Shown here piece after piece: positions 1 through 9,141 of a stretch of 64,000 bases of DNA. The stretch is from Gemmatimonadaceae bacterium (GTDB taxonomy: Bacteria > Gemmatimonadota > Gemmatimonadetes > Gemmatimonadales > Gemmatimonadaceae): positions 11,006-75,005 of the forward strand of contig JBHENQ010000107.1 in assembly GCA_046261975.1 (NCBI GenBank). The letters run 5' to 3'. Positions within the stretch are counted from its first letter, which is position 1, and each line of letters opens with the position of its first letter. Under the pieces are notes generated by a model, which searched no databases, had not been told where the DNA came from, and worked only from the letters and a program-made list of their open reading frames with translations. Position numbers and translations under genes: made by a program.

Positions 1-14
1 GCACTTGGATCGCG

Positions 15-1928
15 ATGGGCACTTCGCTAATCTGCCGGACCGTGCCCTCATCGCGCCCCAAGGCGCCAAAGGCACCCGAGACACCCACTGGTCCCGTTAT
101 CCAGGAATCAGAGGGACGCGCAGCTCCCAATCGAACGTACCAGGATCTGCTAGGCTCGCCGTCGGACGAAGCGCTATTCGACCATTACTTCAGCAGTCAG
201 TTATCGCTGATCGGGCTTGATGGGAGTACGAGGCCCGTCGGGGCACCAGCGATATTCAACGCCGTGCAGCCTTCCCCCGATGGCCGTTACGTGCTGGTGG
301 AAATCACGCACAGGCCATTCTCTTACCTCGTTCCCATGGGTCGATTCCCATCCCGCGTTGAGGTGTGGGACCTAGATGGCAAGCTCGTCAAGCTGCTTGC
401 GGACCGGCCGCTACACGAGGAAGTCTCCACGTCGTTCGATGCCGTGCCGACAGGAATCCGAGATGTCGAATGGCGCTCCGATGTCCCCGCCACTCTGGTA
501 TGGAAGGAAGCGCTCGACCGCGGAGATCCTAAAGTCCAAGTGTCCAAGCGAGATCGCATTGCCACGCTGTCGGCACCTTTCAACACTCAACCCAAAACTC
601 TACTTGATGCTGAGACGCGACTTGGAAACGTAATCTGGGCAAGGCCTGATCTCGCGCTCGTTAACGAATCATGGTGGAAGACCCGCCGGACTAAGACCTG
701 GGCACTGGATCCCTCGAGTCCCGCCGCCACGCCACGGCTCCTTTTCGACCGCTCCTCCGAAGACCGTTACAACGATCCAGGACGGTTTTTAACAACGGTT
801 GGTTCCCTGGGCACTCCCGTGCTGCTAACCACCAGAGACGGACGCTCGGCATACCTTGCCGGCGGCGGAGCCTCGCTCGAAGGCGACCGTCCATTTCTGG
901 ATCGCGTGGACCTTGCCACCGGCAGGACAGAGCGGCTCTGGCGATCGGAAGCGCCATACTACGAGGAGGTGGTTTCTGTCCTGGACGGGGCCGGCAGGCG
1001 CGCAATAACGAGACGTGAATCCGTCCGAGACGTCCCGAATTATTTCCTGAGGGCAATCGACACCAGGAAAACAGCACAGCTCACCAAGTTCCGGGATCCG
1101 GCTCCACAATTCGCCGGCATCACATCGGAGCTGATTCGGTACAAGCGCTCGGACGGGGTGGACCTTTCGGCGACTCTATACCTGCCAGCAGGCTACAACA
1201 AGTCAAAAGGGCCGCTTCCGTTTCTCTTCTGGGCGTATCCTCGCGAGTTCAAGACCGCGGCAGCCGCCGCCCAGGTTCAGGGTTCGCCTTACCGGTTCAC
1301 GCGTCCGACAGCCGCGTCGCATCTGTTCCTGCTGACGCAAGGCTACGGAATCCTGGACGGTCCGACGATGCCTATCGTCGGCGAGGGGGACGCAGAGCCG
1401 AACGATACTTACGTGAAGCAGCTCGTGTCGAGTGCCCAGGCAGCGGTGGACAAGGTGGTAGAGATGGGAGTCGCGGACCGAGACCGAATCGCGATCGGCG
1501 GACATTCGTACGGCGCATTCATGACGGCGAATCTCCTGGCCCATTCCCGGATCTTTCGCGCCGGAATAGCACGCAGCGGCGCTTACAATCGTACTCTCAC
1601 GCCTTTTGGATTTCAGGCTGAGGAGCGGCCCTTCTGGCAGGCACGGGAGATATACATGGAGATGTCGCCGTTCACCTATGCGGACAGTATCACGGCTCCC
1701 CTTCTCCTGATACACGGCGCAGCGGATGACAACTCGGGGACCTTCCCCCTCCAATCGGAGCGTTTGTATTCGGCGCTCAAGGGGAATGGCACAAAGGTGC
1801 GGCTCGTGTTGCTACCCGCGGAAGCACACGGCTATCGCGCCCGCGAGTCAGTGGGTCACACGCTGTGGGAGATGGTGACCTGGTTGGATACGTACGTCAA
1901 GAACGCGCCGAAGCAGCGAGTGGACTGA
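15..1928 (+). CDS. S9 family serine peptidase (prolyl oligopeptidase / acylaminoacyl-peptidase-like); start may lie upstream of window
   Basis: 637-aa ORF. C-terminal alpha/beta-hydrolase catalytic residues visible: GGHSYGAF (GxSxG), HGAADDN (Asp), AEAHGY (His). Long N-terminal region fits a beta-propeller. Frame is open back to base 3. Confidence 0.75.
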   Translation: MGTSLICRTVPSSRPKAPKAPETPTGPVIQESEGRAAPNRTYQDLLGSPSDEALFDHYFSSQLSLIGLDGSTRPVGAPAIFNAVQPSPDGRYVLVEITHRPFSYLVPMGRFPSRVEVWDLDGKLVKLLADRPLHEEVSTSFDAVPTGIRDVEWRSDVPATLVWKEALDRGDPKVQVSKRDRIATLSAPFNTQPKTLLDAETRLGNVIWARPDLALVNESWWKTRRTKTWALDPSSPAATPRLLFDRSSEDRYNDPGRFLTTVGSLGTPVLLTTRDGRSAYLAGGGASLEGDRPFLDRVDLATGRTERLWRSEAPYYEEVVSVLDGAGRRAITRRESVRDVPNYFLRAIDTRKTAQLTKFRDPAPQFAGITSELIRYKRSDGVDLSATLYLPAGYNKSKGPLPFLFWAYPREFKTAAAAAQVQGSPYRFTRPTAASHLFLLTQGYGILDGPTMPIVGEGDAEPNDTYVKQLVSSAQAAVDKVVEMGVADRDRIAIGGHSYGAFMTANLLAHSRIFRAGIARSGAYNRTLTPFGFQAEERPFWQAREIYMEMSPFTYADSITAPLLLIHGAADDNSGTFPLQSERLYSALKGNGTKVRLVLLPAEAHGYRARESVGHTLWEMVTWLDTYVKNAPKQRVD

Positions 1929-1957
1929 GTCGGGAGTCGGGAGTCGGGAATCGGGAG
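1929..1957. repeat. tandem heptamer array (GTCGGGA x3, ATCGGGA x1) directly after the stop codon of the S9 peptidase gene
   Basis: gtcgggagtcgggagtcgggaatcgggag read directly. Confidence 0.9.
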
Positions 1958-1982
1958 ATCCGAACATCCGGCCTCTCCACAA

Positions 1983-2017
1983 TTCCCTAATCCCTAATCC
2001 CTAATCCCTAATCCCTA
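1983..2017. repeat. tandem heptamer array (TCCCTAA/CCCTAAT x5; complement of TTAGGGA, telomere-like) abutting the stop of the DUF4142 gene
   Basis: ttccctaatccctaatccctaatccctaatccctag read directly. Confidence 0.9.
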
Positions 2018-2020
2018 GCT

Positions 2021-2623
2021 CTACATTCCGAACTTCTTCTCAATCGCCTCGGCAGCAGCGAGGTGAGCCTTGAGGGTCGGCAGAGTCGCCTCGATGGCGG
2101 CCTTCAGCTCCGCATTTAGCGTCTTCTCCCGGGCATCCTCGAGGTCGTCGATCAGGTCCTTGTGCATCGCGATCTCGTGCTCGATGTAGGCTTCGTCGAA
2201 CGACTCGCCCTTGTCCTTCTCGGCCAAGTCCTTCATCGCCTCGTTGTGATCCTCGACGATCCCATCATCGCCTGTGGCGGGCGCGGTGATGTTGAGCTTC
2301 GTGGCAAGCGCTTCGACCTGCTTCAGCGCCGCACCGTGCTCCTTCACCATGCGCCGCGCAAACGCCTTGACCTCGGCATCTGTAGCTTTCTTCACGGCCG
2401 CCTCGCCACCCTCTATGTCGGTCTTGTTAGCCGAGACGAGGTAGCCGACTACGTTGGCGTCGTTCCATTCCCGTGTAATAACGGATGGCGCCATGCCGGT
2501 GTCTGCCATCATGCCCGTATCCGTGGTTGCCACGTTGTCATCCTTTGGTGCGCAAGCCCCGATCATGACGACTGCTGCAGCGGCGAACACGGCGCGTGCG
2601 GCCGGTGAAATCTGTATTGCCAT
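2021..2623 (-). CDS. DUF4142 domain-containing lipoprotein
   Basis: Signal peptide with Cys lipobox-like site (MIGACAP). Asp/Glu/Lys-rich helical protein with His-containing motifs (KEHGAAL, EHEIAMHKD) typical of DUF4142. GGAGG 8 nt upstream of the ATG at 2621-2623. Confidence 0.6.
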   Translation of the reverse strand: MAIQISPAARAVFAAAAVVMIGACAPKDDNVATTDTGMMADTGMAPSVITREWNDANVVGYLVSANKTDIEGGEAAVKKATDAEVKAFARRMVKEHGAALKQVEALATKLNITAPATGDDGIVEDHNEAMKDLAEKDKGESFDEAYIEHEIAMHKDLIDDLEDAREKTLNAELKAAIEATLPTLKAHLAAAEAIEKKFGM

Positions 2624-2756
2624 TAGTGCCTCCATTTTGAGCTTAGACGTTCAGCCGGAACGACCTATCGAACCGGCACACTGCCCCGGTTTGCAAGAAC
2701 CGTACTCCACTGGGTGTTCCGTGGGATTGAGATTCAGGTTGCACCCCGAATCATGA

Positions 2757-3003
2757 CCAGTGATTGCGGTCACTGTCGCTGAGGCCCACCTTGGGGCAGT
2801 GGACTCGAACCACTACTTCCGAATGTGCAGCCAGTAGCGATTGAGTGACGACGGAGGGCGCTACATAACCCGTCTTAGCTCTATGACTGCCGAGGAATCG
2901 AACCTCGCTCCAAGCTCCGACGCCCTGGACATTCACGGGAGTCGAACCCGCCGCGTCGGCCTTCTAAGAGGAAACCTATTCGCAGTCACTACCCAGAGCT
3001 CTC
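2757..3003 (-). other. cluster of tRNA T-arm-like hairpins and tRNA-like fragments; no complete canonical tRNA could be folded
   Basis: Three GGTTCGAnTCC T-loop motifs on the minus strand with 5-bp closing stems: GCGGG-TTCGACT-CCCGT, CGAGG-TTCGATT-CCTCG, AGTGG-TTCGAGT-CCACT. A fourth weaker one lies at about 2660-2680. A 106-nt unit has acceptor-like ends TGACTGC...GCAGTCA enclosing a 7-bp stem CCGACGC/GCGTCGG. None has the 5-prime acceptor strand at canonical distance. Confidence 0.3.
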
Positions 3004-3110
3004 CGGCCTAAACTTGCCATGGACGAGGATGGCGAAGAGTGCATTGCGCTCGGGCCGTAACCAGAGCGGAGCCCGAATGGGGAATCCGAGCGGTTTCTTG
3101 CTTCTACACA

Positions 3111-3183
3111 CTGGGGCGGGTGGACTCGAACCACCAACTTCCGGATTAACAGTCCGGCGGTCTGCCAGTTGACCTACACCCCA
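3111..3183 (-). tRNA. tRNA-Asn (anticodon GTT)
   Basis: Minus-strand sequence TGGGGTGTAGGTCAACTGGCAGACCGCCGGACTGTTAATCCGGAAGTTGGTGGTTCGAGTCCACCCGCCCCAG folds as a cloverleaf. 7-bp acceptor stem with one G-U. Anticodon stem CCGGA/TCCGG with loop CTGTTAA. T-arm GGTGG-TTCGAGT-CCACC. CCA not encoded. Confidence 0.8.
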
Positions 3184-3318
3184 AGAACACGAATCCCGCA
3201 GCCTCCTCAGGGATTCACGCCCCAAAATCTATCACAACATAGCGGAGAATACAGACACGAAGCCGAAACAGTCTTGACACGGGGGTCACACACAACTGCG
3301 ACTCCGGACTCCCGACAG

Positions 3319-4939
3319 TCAGCGCGTGCTCTGGGATGACGTACGCGCGGGCGTCACGCACTTCGGCCACTCGGACGGCTGCGGAAACCCTCCGGGCGCG
3401 GCTTGCGCAGGCGCGCCGGGCGAGAATATGCGCCGATCCCGGGGCACGCGGTCCGGATCCTCCGACGCCAGATAGACCAGCATGGCTACCAATGTCGCGT
3501 TGTTCTTGAGATCATCCCAGACGATCTTGTCGAAGGTGTCACGATTGGTGTGCCACGTATACGTTCCATACTCCCACGAGTTGGAGCCCAGTCCGAACGC
3601 GGGCGCTCCGTGACACACAAACGAGGCGCTATCGCTCCCGCCACCGCTGGGCGCGCCCGGAAAGATCCAGGAGATATGGCGCGAGATTTCGAGTGGGAGA
3701 TGAACAGCCCACCGGGTGAAGTTGGCTCCCGCGCCGGTGAATCCTTGCATCGAGATGTTCGAGACGCGCCCCGTTCCGTTGTCCTGATTGAACAACGCAT
3801 GCAGCCCGCGGACTACTTCGGGGTGATCCGCGGCGAACGACCGGGAGCCATTGAGCCGCTGCTCCTCCCCACTCCAATGCCCCACGAGGATCGTGCGCTT
3901 GGGCCGGGGATATACCGCTTTCAGAACGCGCATTGCTTCCATCATTGTAATGGTGCCGGTGCCGTTATCAGTTGCACCCGACCCCCCATCCCATGAATCG
4001 AAATGCGCGGACAGCATCACGTACTCGTCCGGCTTTTCGATCCCCTTGATTTCGGCAATGGTGTTGAACGCCGGCACCTCGCCCAGAAACTCGCTCTCCG
4101 CGCGAACGCGGACGATGGGTCCCTGGATGTTCTCCGCCAGTCGAAAGAGTAGTCCATAGTCCTCGCAGCTCAGGTCCAGCGCCGGAGCACGTTCGTTTTT
4201 CGTGTCGAAGATTTTGTTGACACCCCATCCGTTCGACCAGCGCGATGCGATTATCCCCGCCGCACCAGCTTGTTCGAGGCGCTTGCCAAGCGTCCCTGTG
4301 CCTAGCTGTAACAACGCCCCGGTAGCCCGCAGGCGAGCTGCCCACTTCTGTTCCGCGGCTGTGCGGTCAGCCCGCATCTTTTGCAAGTGACTCGGTGGTA
4401 GCGAACGCATGCCAGTTTGTGTCGGGCCTGCACGTCGGCTGTGGAAAGGAGACGAGCACAAATTTTCCTCTCGCCTGACCGCGTCCCAGCCAGGACGTGA
4501 AGGCATTGCTGTCCGCCACCTCCGGCAAGATCACTACCGGCGCTGTTACGTCCTTGCCGCCGGTACCAGGACTCCAAGCGAGCATGGTCCCTTCGAGCGT
4601 GCGCACTCGCGGTCTAAGCAAGTCGATATGTGTGATCCCACGTCGCCAGCCGCGCCACGTGCCGTACTGCTCGTTACGCGCGGAGATTCCCCATTTGGCG
4701 TACATCGCCACTGCCCAGTCGTTCGCTGCGTTCTGTCCGGGCGATCCAGTGAGCCGCGGTCCCACGGAGTCAAGGAGCGCCTGCGCGAGAGAGTATGCAT
4801 GCGAACGCTCCATTCCTTCGGCCCAGATTCGCCGGATCACCGTGTCTGCAGTCGGGAAGTTCTGTGCGCGAACGGTCACAGGGGTCCACAGTATTATGAA
4901 GCTGGCTGTGCAGACGAGAGCACGAAAAAGGGAGGGCAT
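3319..4939 (-). pseudogene. M28 family (PA-domain) aminopeptidase, frameshifted: N-terminal piece 4367..4939, C-terminal catalytic piece 3319..4506
   Basis: 190-aa ORF (4367..4939) has a signal peptide, M28 N-terminal region and the start of a PA domain (GKFVLV). The overlapping 395-aa ORF (3319..4506) in another frame continues the PA domain (AGAAGII) and carries the M28 zinc site HFDSWDGGSGATDNGTG. Together about 540 aa, the usual size of an M28 peptidase. Frame change lies in about 4370-4440. Confidence 0.55.
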
Positions 4940-5146
4940 GGCGTGCGCGATAGGCGAGGTTAAGGGGAAGGTCTGACAGTGGTAATGTCCCTATCAGGCA
5001 TCAATCGCTAACAGGTGGAAGTTATTCTAGTAGCAGGTAATCCGAGTAATCCGTTACATCCGCTGTAGCCGGATGACCTATCGTCCTTGATGCCAGTCCG
5101 GCCGGTTCGTTGCCGCCGCCAGACTGATTGAGATTGTTTGGGCGAG

Positions 5147-6100
5147 CTATGCCCACAGGTCGGCCGGGTAGGTTCCAGCTTCTGTAAGGCGGCGCAGCAT
5201 GGCGGCCACCGCAACCTTGTCATCCCGGTGCGTGATGCCGGACCACTGACCTTCAGCCCGCAACACTTTCACCTTCGCTTCGCGTCGGCGCACCAATGAT
5301 TGCACGGCTGACGGCAAGAGAAATTCCGCGTTCGGATCTGCAGCGAACTTCCGGAGAAACTCGCCGAACTGGGCTGCGAGCTGCGAGAATATGGCCCTCG
5401 TAAACCCCCACATGTTCATCGAAACTGGAAGTTCGCCCGCGAGAGTGCGACCGTCGCCCGTGACGCAGCGATTTCCTATTCCCGACGTGAAATTATCACC
5501 AGCGTCAGCAGAGTAAGTGGGTCCAGTGATAATTTCTCTCGGGACTATACCCGGAACCTCTTCGATATCAGTAAGCCATTGCTGATCGTCCGCGTGTAGC
5601 ACGGCACGGTTGACCGCGCCGGAGTGGCTCAGGGTTTTCCCGAGCGGGAAGCCCACTACGGCGTAGGCCGGCGCAGCCTCCTCCAGACGAGTGTCGAAGA
5701 ACGCTGCTAACTGGCCAAAGGCCTCGTGGCCGTAGAAGTCATCCGCGTTTAGAGTTGCAAACGGACCGCCGACGAACTCTGAGGCGGCTAGGAGGGCATG
5801 GCCGGTGCCCCATTGCTTGGTTCTGCCGGGTGATAGCGATAAGCCGCCGGGAAGGTCATCCGTTTCCTGAAATGCGACCTCCACGCAGAACCGTGATCGC
5901 CAGCGCGCAATCACGTTTTTCTCGAAGGCGCTGGCCATCTCGCGCCGGATCACGAGAATCGCCTTCCCGAACCCGGCTCGACGCGCATCGTGGATGGAAT
6001 AATCCAGGATTGTTGCACCACTCGGTCCGACCGCCTCTAGCTGTTTGGGCCCGCCGAATCGCGTGCCCATGCCCGCCGCCAGGATAACGAGATCACGCAT
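5147..6100 (-). CDS. sugar-1-phosphate nucleotidyltransferase family protein
   Basis: N-terminal LAAGMGTRFGGPKQL matches the G-x-G-T-R-x4-P-K signature of NDP-sugar pyrophosphorylases. 317 aa. Confidence 0.65.
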   Translation of the reverse strand: MRDLVILAAGMGTRFGGPKQLEAVGPSGATILDYSIHDARRAGFGKAILVIRREMASAFEKNVIARWRSRFCVEVAFQETDDLPGGLSLSPGRTKQWGTGHALLAASEFVGGPFATLNADDFYGHEAFGQLAAFFDTRLEEAAPAYAVVGFPLGKTLSHSGAVNRAVLHADDQQWLTDIEEVPGIVPREIITGPTYSADAGDNFTSGIGNRCVTGDGRTLAGELPVSMNMWGFTRAIFSQLAAQFGEFLRKFAADPNAEFLLPSAVQSLVRRREAKVKVLRAEGQWSGITHRDDKVAVAAMLRRLTEAGTYPADLWA

Positions 6101-6620
6101 GCCCGCGCGGGAGATTTCCCACTGCTGGCTCTCCTAAACGCTCGCCCTGAAGCTTGGCGATGTAGCGCTGCGCTTCCGAAATGCGTTCGACCTCGATGGC
6201 CATGGTGTCGACGGCCTGCTCGATTCGTCCAATCTGGGCGGCGACTTCCGGCCCCAGAGCTGGGGTGACGCCCTTGCGATCCAGCCGCCGCGCGAATGCA
6301 CGGGCCAGAGGAAGGCCGATTACGATGACGGCCACCATGATGAAAAACGTGACACCGAGTATGAGAGCTTCTTCAGGGATGGGATCCGGTCGGGGCGGTC
6401 TGCGCGAGGGGACTATGACAACCCCTTCCCTGCCTTGGCCGCGCATCATCGCCTGCTCGCGGGCAAGGTCGGCGCGCTCGCGAGCGATTTCAGCGCGTTC
6501 TTGGGCAATATCGACTCGCTCCTGAATCTCGGCCCGCGTCGCCGCCGTTGGCGCGCCAGATCGGGACGGAGGGGATTGTTGCAGAAGTCTTGAAGGGCTC
6601 TCCATGTCAGCTCCAATCAT
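6093..6620 (-). CDS. hypothetical single-pass membrane protein (start uncertain)
   Basis: 175-aa ORF with one hydrophobic segment (LILGVTFFIMVAVIVIGLPLA) and a charged coiled-coil-like N-terminal part. No recognisable domain. Confidence 0.35.
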   Translation of the reverse strand: MIGADMESPSRLLQQSPPSRSGAPTAATRAEIQERVDIAQERAEIARERADLAREQAMMRGQGREGVVIVPSRRPPRPDPIPEEALILGVTFFIMVAVIVIGLPLARAFARRLDRKGVTPALGPEVAAQIGRIEQAVDTMAIEVERISEAQRYIAKLQGERLGEPAVGNLPRGHA

Positions 6621-6807
6621 GGCTCACACGGCGTACGTGCCGTGAGTCGAACATCACATAATGACCTACGCGGCGGTACATCGGAAGATTCGGTGGATGT
6701 CGAGGAACTACTTCGGCGCACCCCTGCACAGCAGTATCTTACTCCACCGGGGATCGCGCTCACATTCGAGCATCCAAGCCGTTCTAAAGATGACAACGAC
6801 GTAGGGT

Positions 6808-8481
6808 ATGCGCGGTATTCTCGAGATACCATCCGGTGCCAAATTGCTGAACAGGATTGCTACTGTCGTCGCGGTCTGCGTGGTGACGCTGGACGCGCAG
6901 GCTCAGACGGTCCCAATTGCGATCGTTCCCAGGCCCGTTAGCGTCACATCACGGATCGGCTCATTCAACGTCACGGCGTCGACTGGTATCCAGACGGACT
7001 CCGCAACCGGAATGCTCGGCCGCCAGCTCGCGGACTATCTCAGGCCGGCGACTCGGTTTCCCCTCCCCCTGTCCGTTCACACCGGCGACGCAACCAGATC
7101 GAACAGCATCGTTCTCCGACGTGACTCATCGCTCGTTCGGTTGGGCCCTGAAGGGTACAGACTGGAAGTCTCGCCCGAGCGAGTTGTCATTTCGGCTCCG
7201 GAGCAGGCGGGGCTGTTCTACGGCGTGCAGACTCTACGACAGCTGCTCCCTCCGGAGATATTTCGGGCCTCGCATGCCCCTGAAGTGAGCTGGACGGTTC
7301 CCGCTGTACTGATCGAGGACTATCCGCGATTCAAATGGCGAGGCGCTCACCTGGATGTCTCCCGTCACTTCATGACGAAGGAATTCGTGAGGAAGTACAT
7401 CGACCTGCTAGCGCTGCACAAGATGAATTCGTTCCACTGGCATCTCACGGATGATCAGGGATGGCGGCTACAGATCAGGAAATATCCGAAGCTCACTGAA
7501 GTAGGCGCGTGGCGTCGAGAGACACTCATTGGTCGCTATAACAGCGACCCCAGCAAACGAGTATTCGACGGAAAGCGCCACGGCGGATTCTACACGCAGG
7601 ACGAAGTTCGCGAGATTGTTGCGTACGCAAAGGCGCGATTCGTGAACGTCGTACCCGAAATCGAGATGCCTGGCCACTCCCAGGCTGCAATCGCTGCATA
7701 TCCCTTTCTCGGCAATACGGACAGGCAGCTCGAGGTACTGACTCTATGGGGCGTGAGCGATGACATTCTGAATCCTAGTGAACAGACCGTGGCTTTCATG
7801 CAGGACGTTCTCGCCGAGGTGATCGAGCTCTTTCCGAGCGAGTTTATTCACGTGGGCGGAGATGAAGCAATCAAGACTCAATGGAGAAGAAGCCCGCGCG
7901 TTCAGGAGCAGATCCGCCGGTTGGGTCTCAAGAACGAAGAGGAGCTGCAGAGCTGGTTTATCCGGCAGATGGATACCTTTCTTTCCGCCCGGGGACGCCG
8001 GCTGATTGGCTGGGATGAGATTCTCGAAGGCGGACTGGCGCCCAATGCGACGGTGATGTCCTGGCGAGGCACACGGGGCGGAATAGCAGCCGCACGCATG
8101 GGACATGACGTGGTCATGGCGCCCACCAGCCACACGTATTTCGACTATTATCAGGCGAGGCCAGCTCGAACGGAGCCGCTGGCGATAGGTGGATTCCTGC
8201 CGCTCGACACCGTCTATTCGTTCGAGCCGGTACCGTCGTCACTGAAGCCGGAATTCGCCAAGCATATCCTGGGAGCCCAGTCTCAGGTCTGGACCGAGTA
8301 CATAAAGACGCCGGCACACGTAGAATACATGTCTTTCCCGCGGCTTTCAGCGCTTGCCGAGGTTGTCTGGACGCCAAGAGCACGCAAAAACCTTGACGAT
8401 TTCAAGCGGAGGCTGACGCCGCATCTCCGGCGGCTGAAGTTCCTCAGCGTGGACTACAGGCCGCTGAAAGCACGAGAATAG
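6808..8481 (+). CDS. beta-N-acetylhexosaminidase, glycoside hydrolase family 20, secreted
   Basis: Signal peptide. GH20 catalytic-domain motifs HWHLTDDQGWR and HVGGDE (catalytic D-E). 557 aa. Confidence 0.85.
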   Translation: MRGILEIPSGAKLLNRIATVVAVCVVTLDAQAQTVPIAIVPRPVSVTSRIGSFNVTASTGIQTDSATGMLGRQLADYLRPATRFPLPLSVHTGDATRSNSIVLRRDSSLVRLGPEGYRLEVSPERVVISAPEQAGLFYGVQTLRQLLPPEIFRASHAPEVSWTVPAVLIEDYPRFKWRGAHLDVSRHFMTKEFVRKYIDLLALHKMNSFHWHLTDDQGWRLQIRKYPKLTEVGAWRRETLIGRYNSDPSKRVFDGKRHGGFYTQDEVREIVAYAKARFVNVVPEIEMPGHSQAAIAAYPFLGNTDRQLEVLTLWGVSDDILNPSEQTVAFMQDVLAEVIELFPSEFIHVGGDEAIKTQWRRSPRVQEQIRRLGLKNEEELQSWFIRQMDTFLSARGRRLIGWDEILEGGLAPNATVMSWRGTRGGIAAARMGHDVVMAPTSHTYFDYYQARPARTEPLAIGGFLPLDTVYSFEPVPSSLKPEFAKHILGAQSQVWTEYIKTPAHVEYMSFPRLSALAEVVWTPRARKNLDDFKRRLTPHLRRLKFLSVDYRPLKARE

Positions 8482-8482
8482 C

Positions 8483-9103
8483 TTACTTCACAGGCCGCGC
8501 TGACACCCGCTGCCTGTAGGGGTTAAGGAGGGCGCGCAGCCCACGACGCATCGCCCTCCATGCCAGCCGGAGCATCACGATAAGACAGATGAGTAGAACG
8601 AGCGCTGCACCGAGAGTGAGGTACGGGTGCTGCCAGATGAAGTACGAGAGCGTTGCCACAAGCGACAGCTCCGCAAGATTGAAGGCAGCGTTGGTTACGG
8701 GCTCGGGCGAAACGTCGACGGCGTAGCGCAAGCCAAGCTTGGTGGTGTGCGTCGCGAGGCCGAGCCCCCCTCCGAGCAAACCCGCGGCAATGATCAAGGA
8801 AGCGTCTCCGTGCCACGCAACCAGTACGGCAAGCATCGCCGCGGCGGGCGGGCGGATAGCACTGTGGATCGTGTCCCATAGCGACGCGATTCCTGGAATC
8901 AACGTTGCAAGAAATTCAATCACCGCAAGCGAGCCCGCGAGAGCGATGACCCACGGCTCGCTGATCGGTGCCAGAGCCTCCGGCAGTGCACCGATCCAAC
9001 CCAGACGCGCAGCCAAACCCGTGAGGGCTACCGTCGCATAGAGGTTAACGCCCGCCGCATACGCGAGGCCCAGCGACTGCACCAGCGTCGTCAGTATCTC
9101 CAC
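8483..9103 (-). CDS. DUF4126-like integral membrane protein
   Basis: 206 aa, multiple TM helices, Gly/Ala-rich. Pattern resembles the DUF4126 family. Convergent with the hexosaminidase gene with a 1-nt gap. Confidence 0.45.
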   Translation of the reverse strand: MEILTTLVQSLGLAYAAGVNLYATVALTGLAARLGWIGALPEALAPISEPWVIALAGSLAVIEFLATLIPGIASLWDTIHSAIRPPAAAMLAVLVAWHGDASLIIAAGLLGGGLGLATHTTKLGLRYAVDVSPEPVTNAAFNLAELSLVATLSYFIWQHPYLTLGAALVLLICLIVMLRLAWRAMRRGLRALLNPYRQRVSARPVK

Positions 9104-9141
9104 ACTATCGCCCAGTTACCTGGTAAGTCGTCGAGCGCGCC

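Noticed and set aside
2757-3110. tmRNA, RNase P RNA or SRP RNA in the tRNA-like region
   Set aside because: I searched by eye for the conserved blocks. These were the tmRNA 5-prime GGGG...UUCGACGGG and ALAA-stop tag, RNase P GGAAAGUCCGGGCUCC / AGGGUGAAA / ACAGAA, and SRP GGUCCGGAAGGAAGC. None was found. The region stays unexplained rather than assigned.
2751-3225. Protein ORFs 2751..2936(-) and 2989..3225(-)
   Set aside because: They overlap the tRNA-Asn gene and the T-arm-like RNA cluster. No RBS or domain.
2162-4159. Antisense or alternative-frame ORFs inside annotated genes (for example 2162..2608, 3403..3996, 30973..32106, 31867..32649, 20564..21022)
   Set aside because: Typical high-GC spurious ORFs. 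Arg/Pro/Ala-rich low-complexity translations entirely nested in well-supported genes on the other strand.
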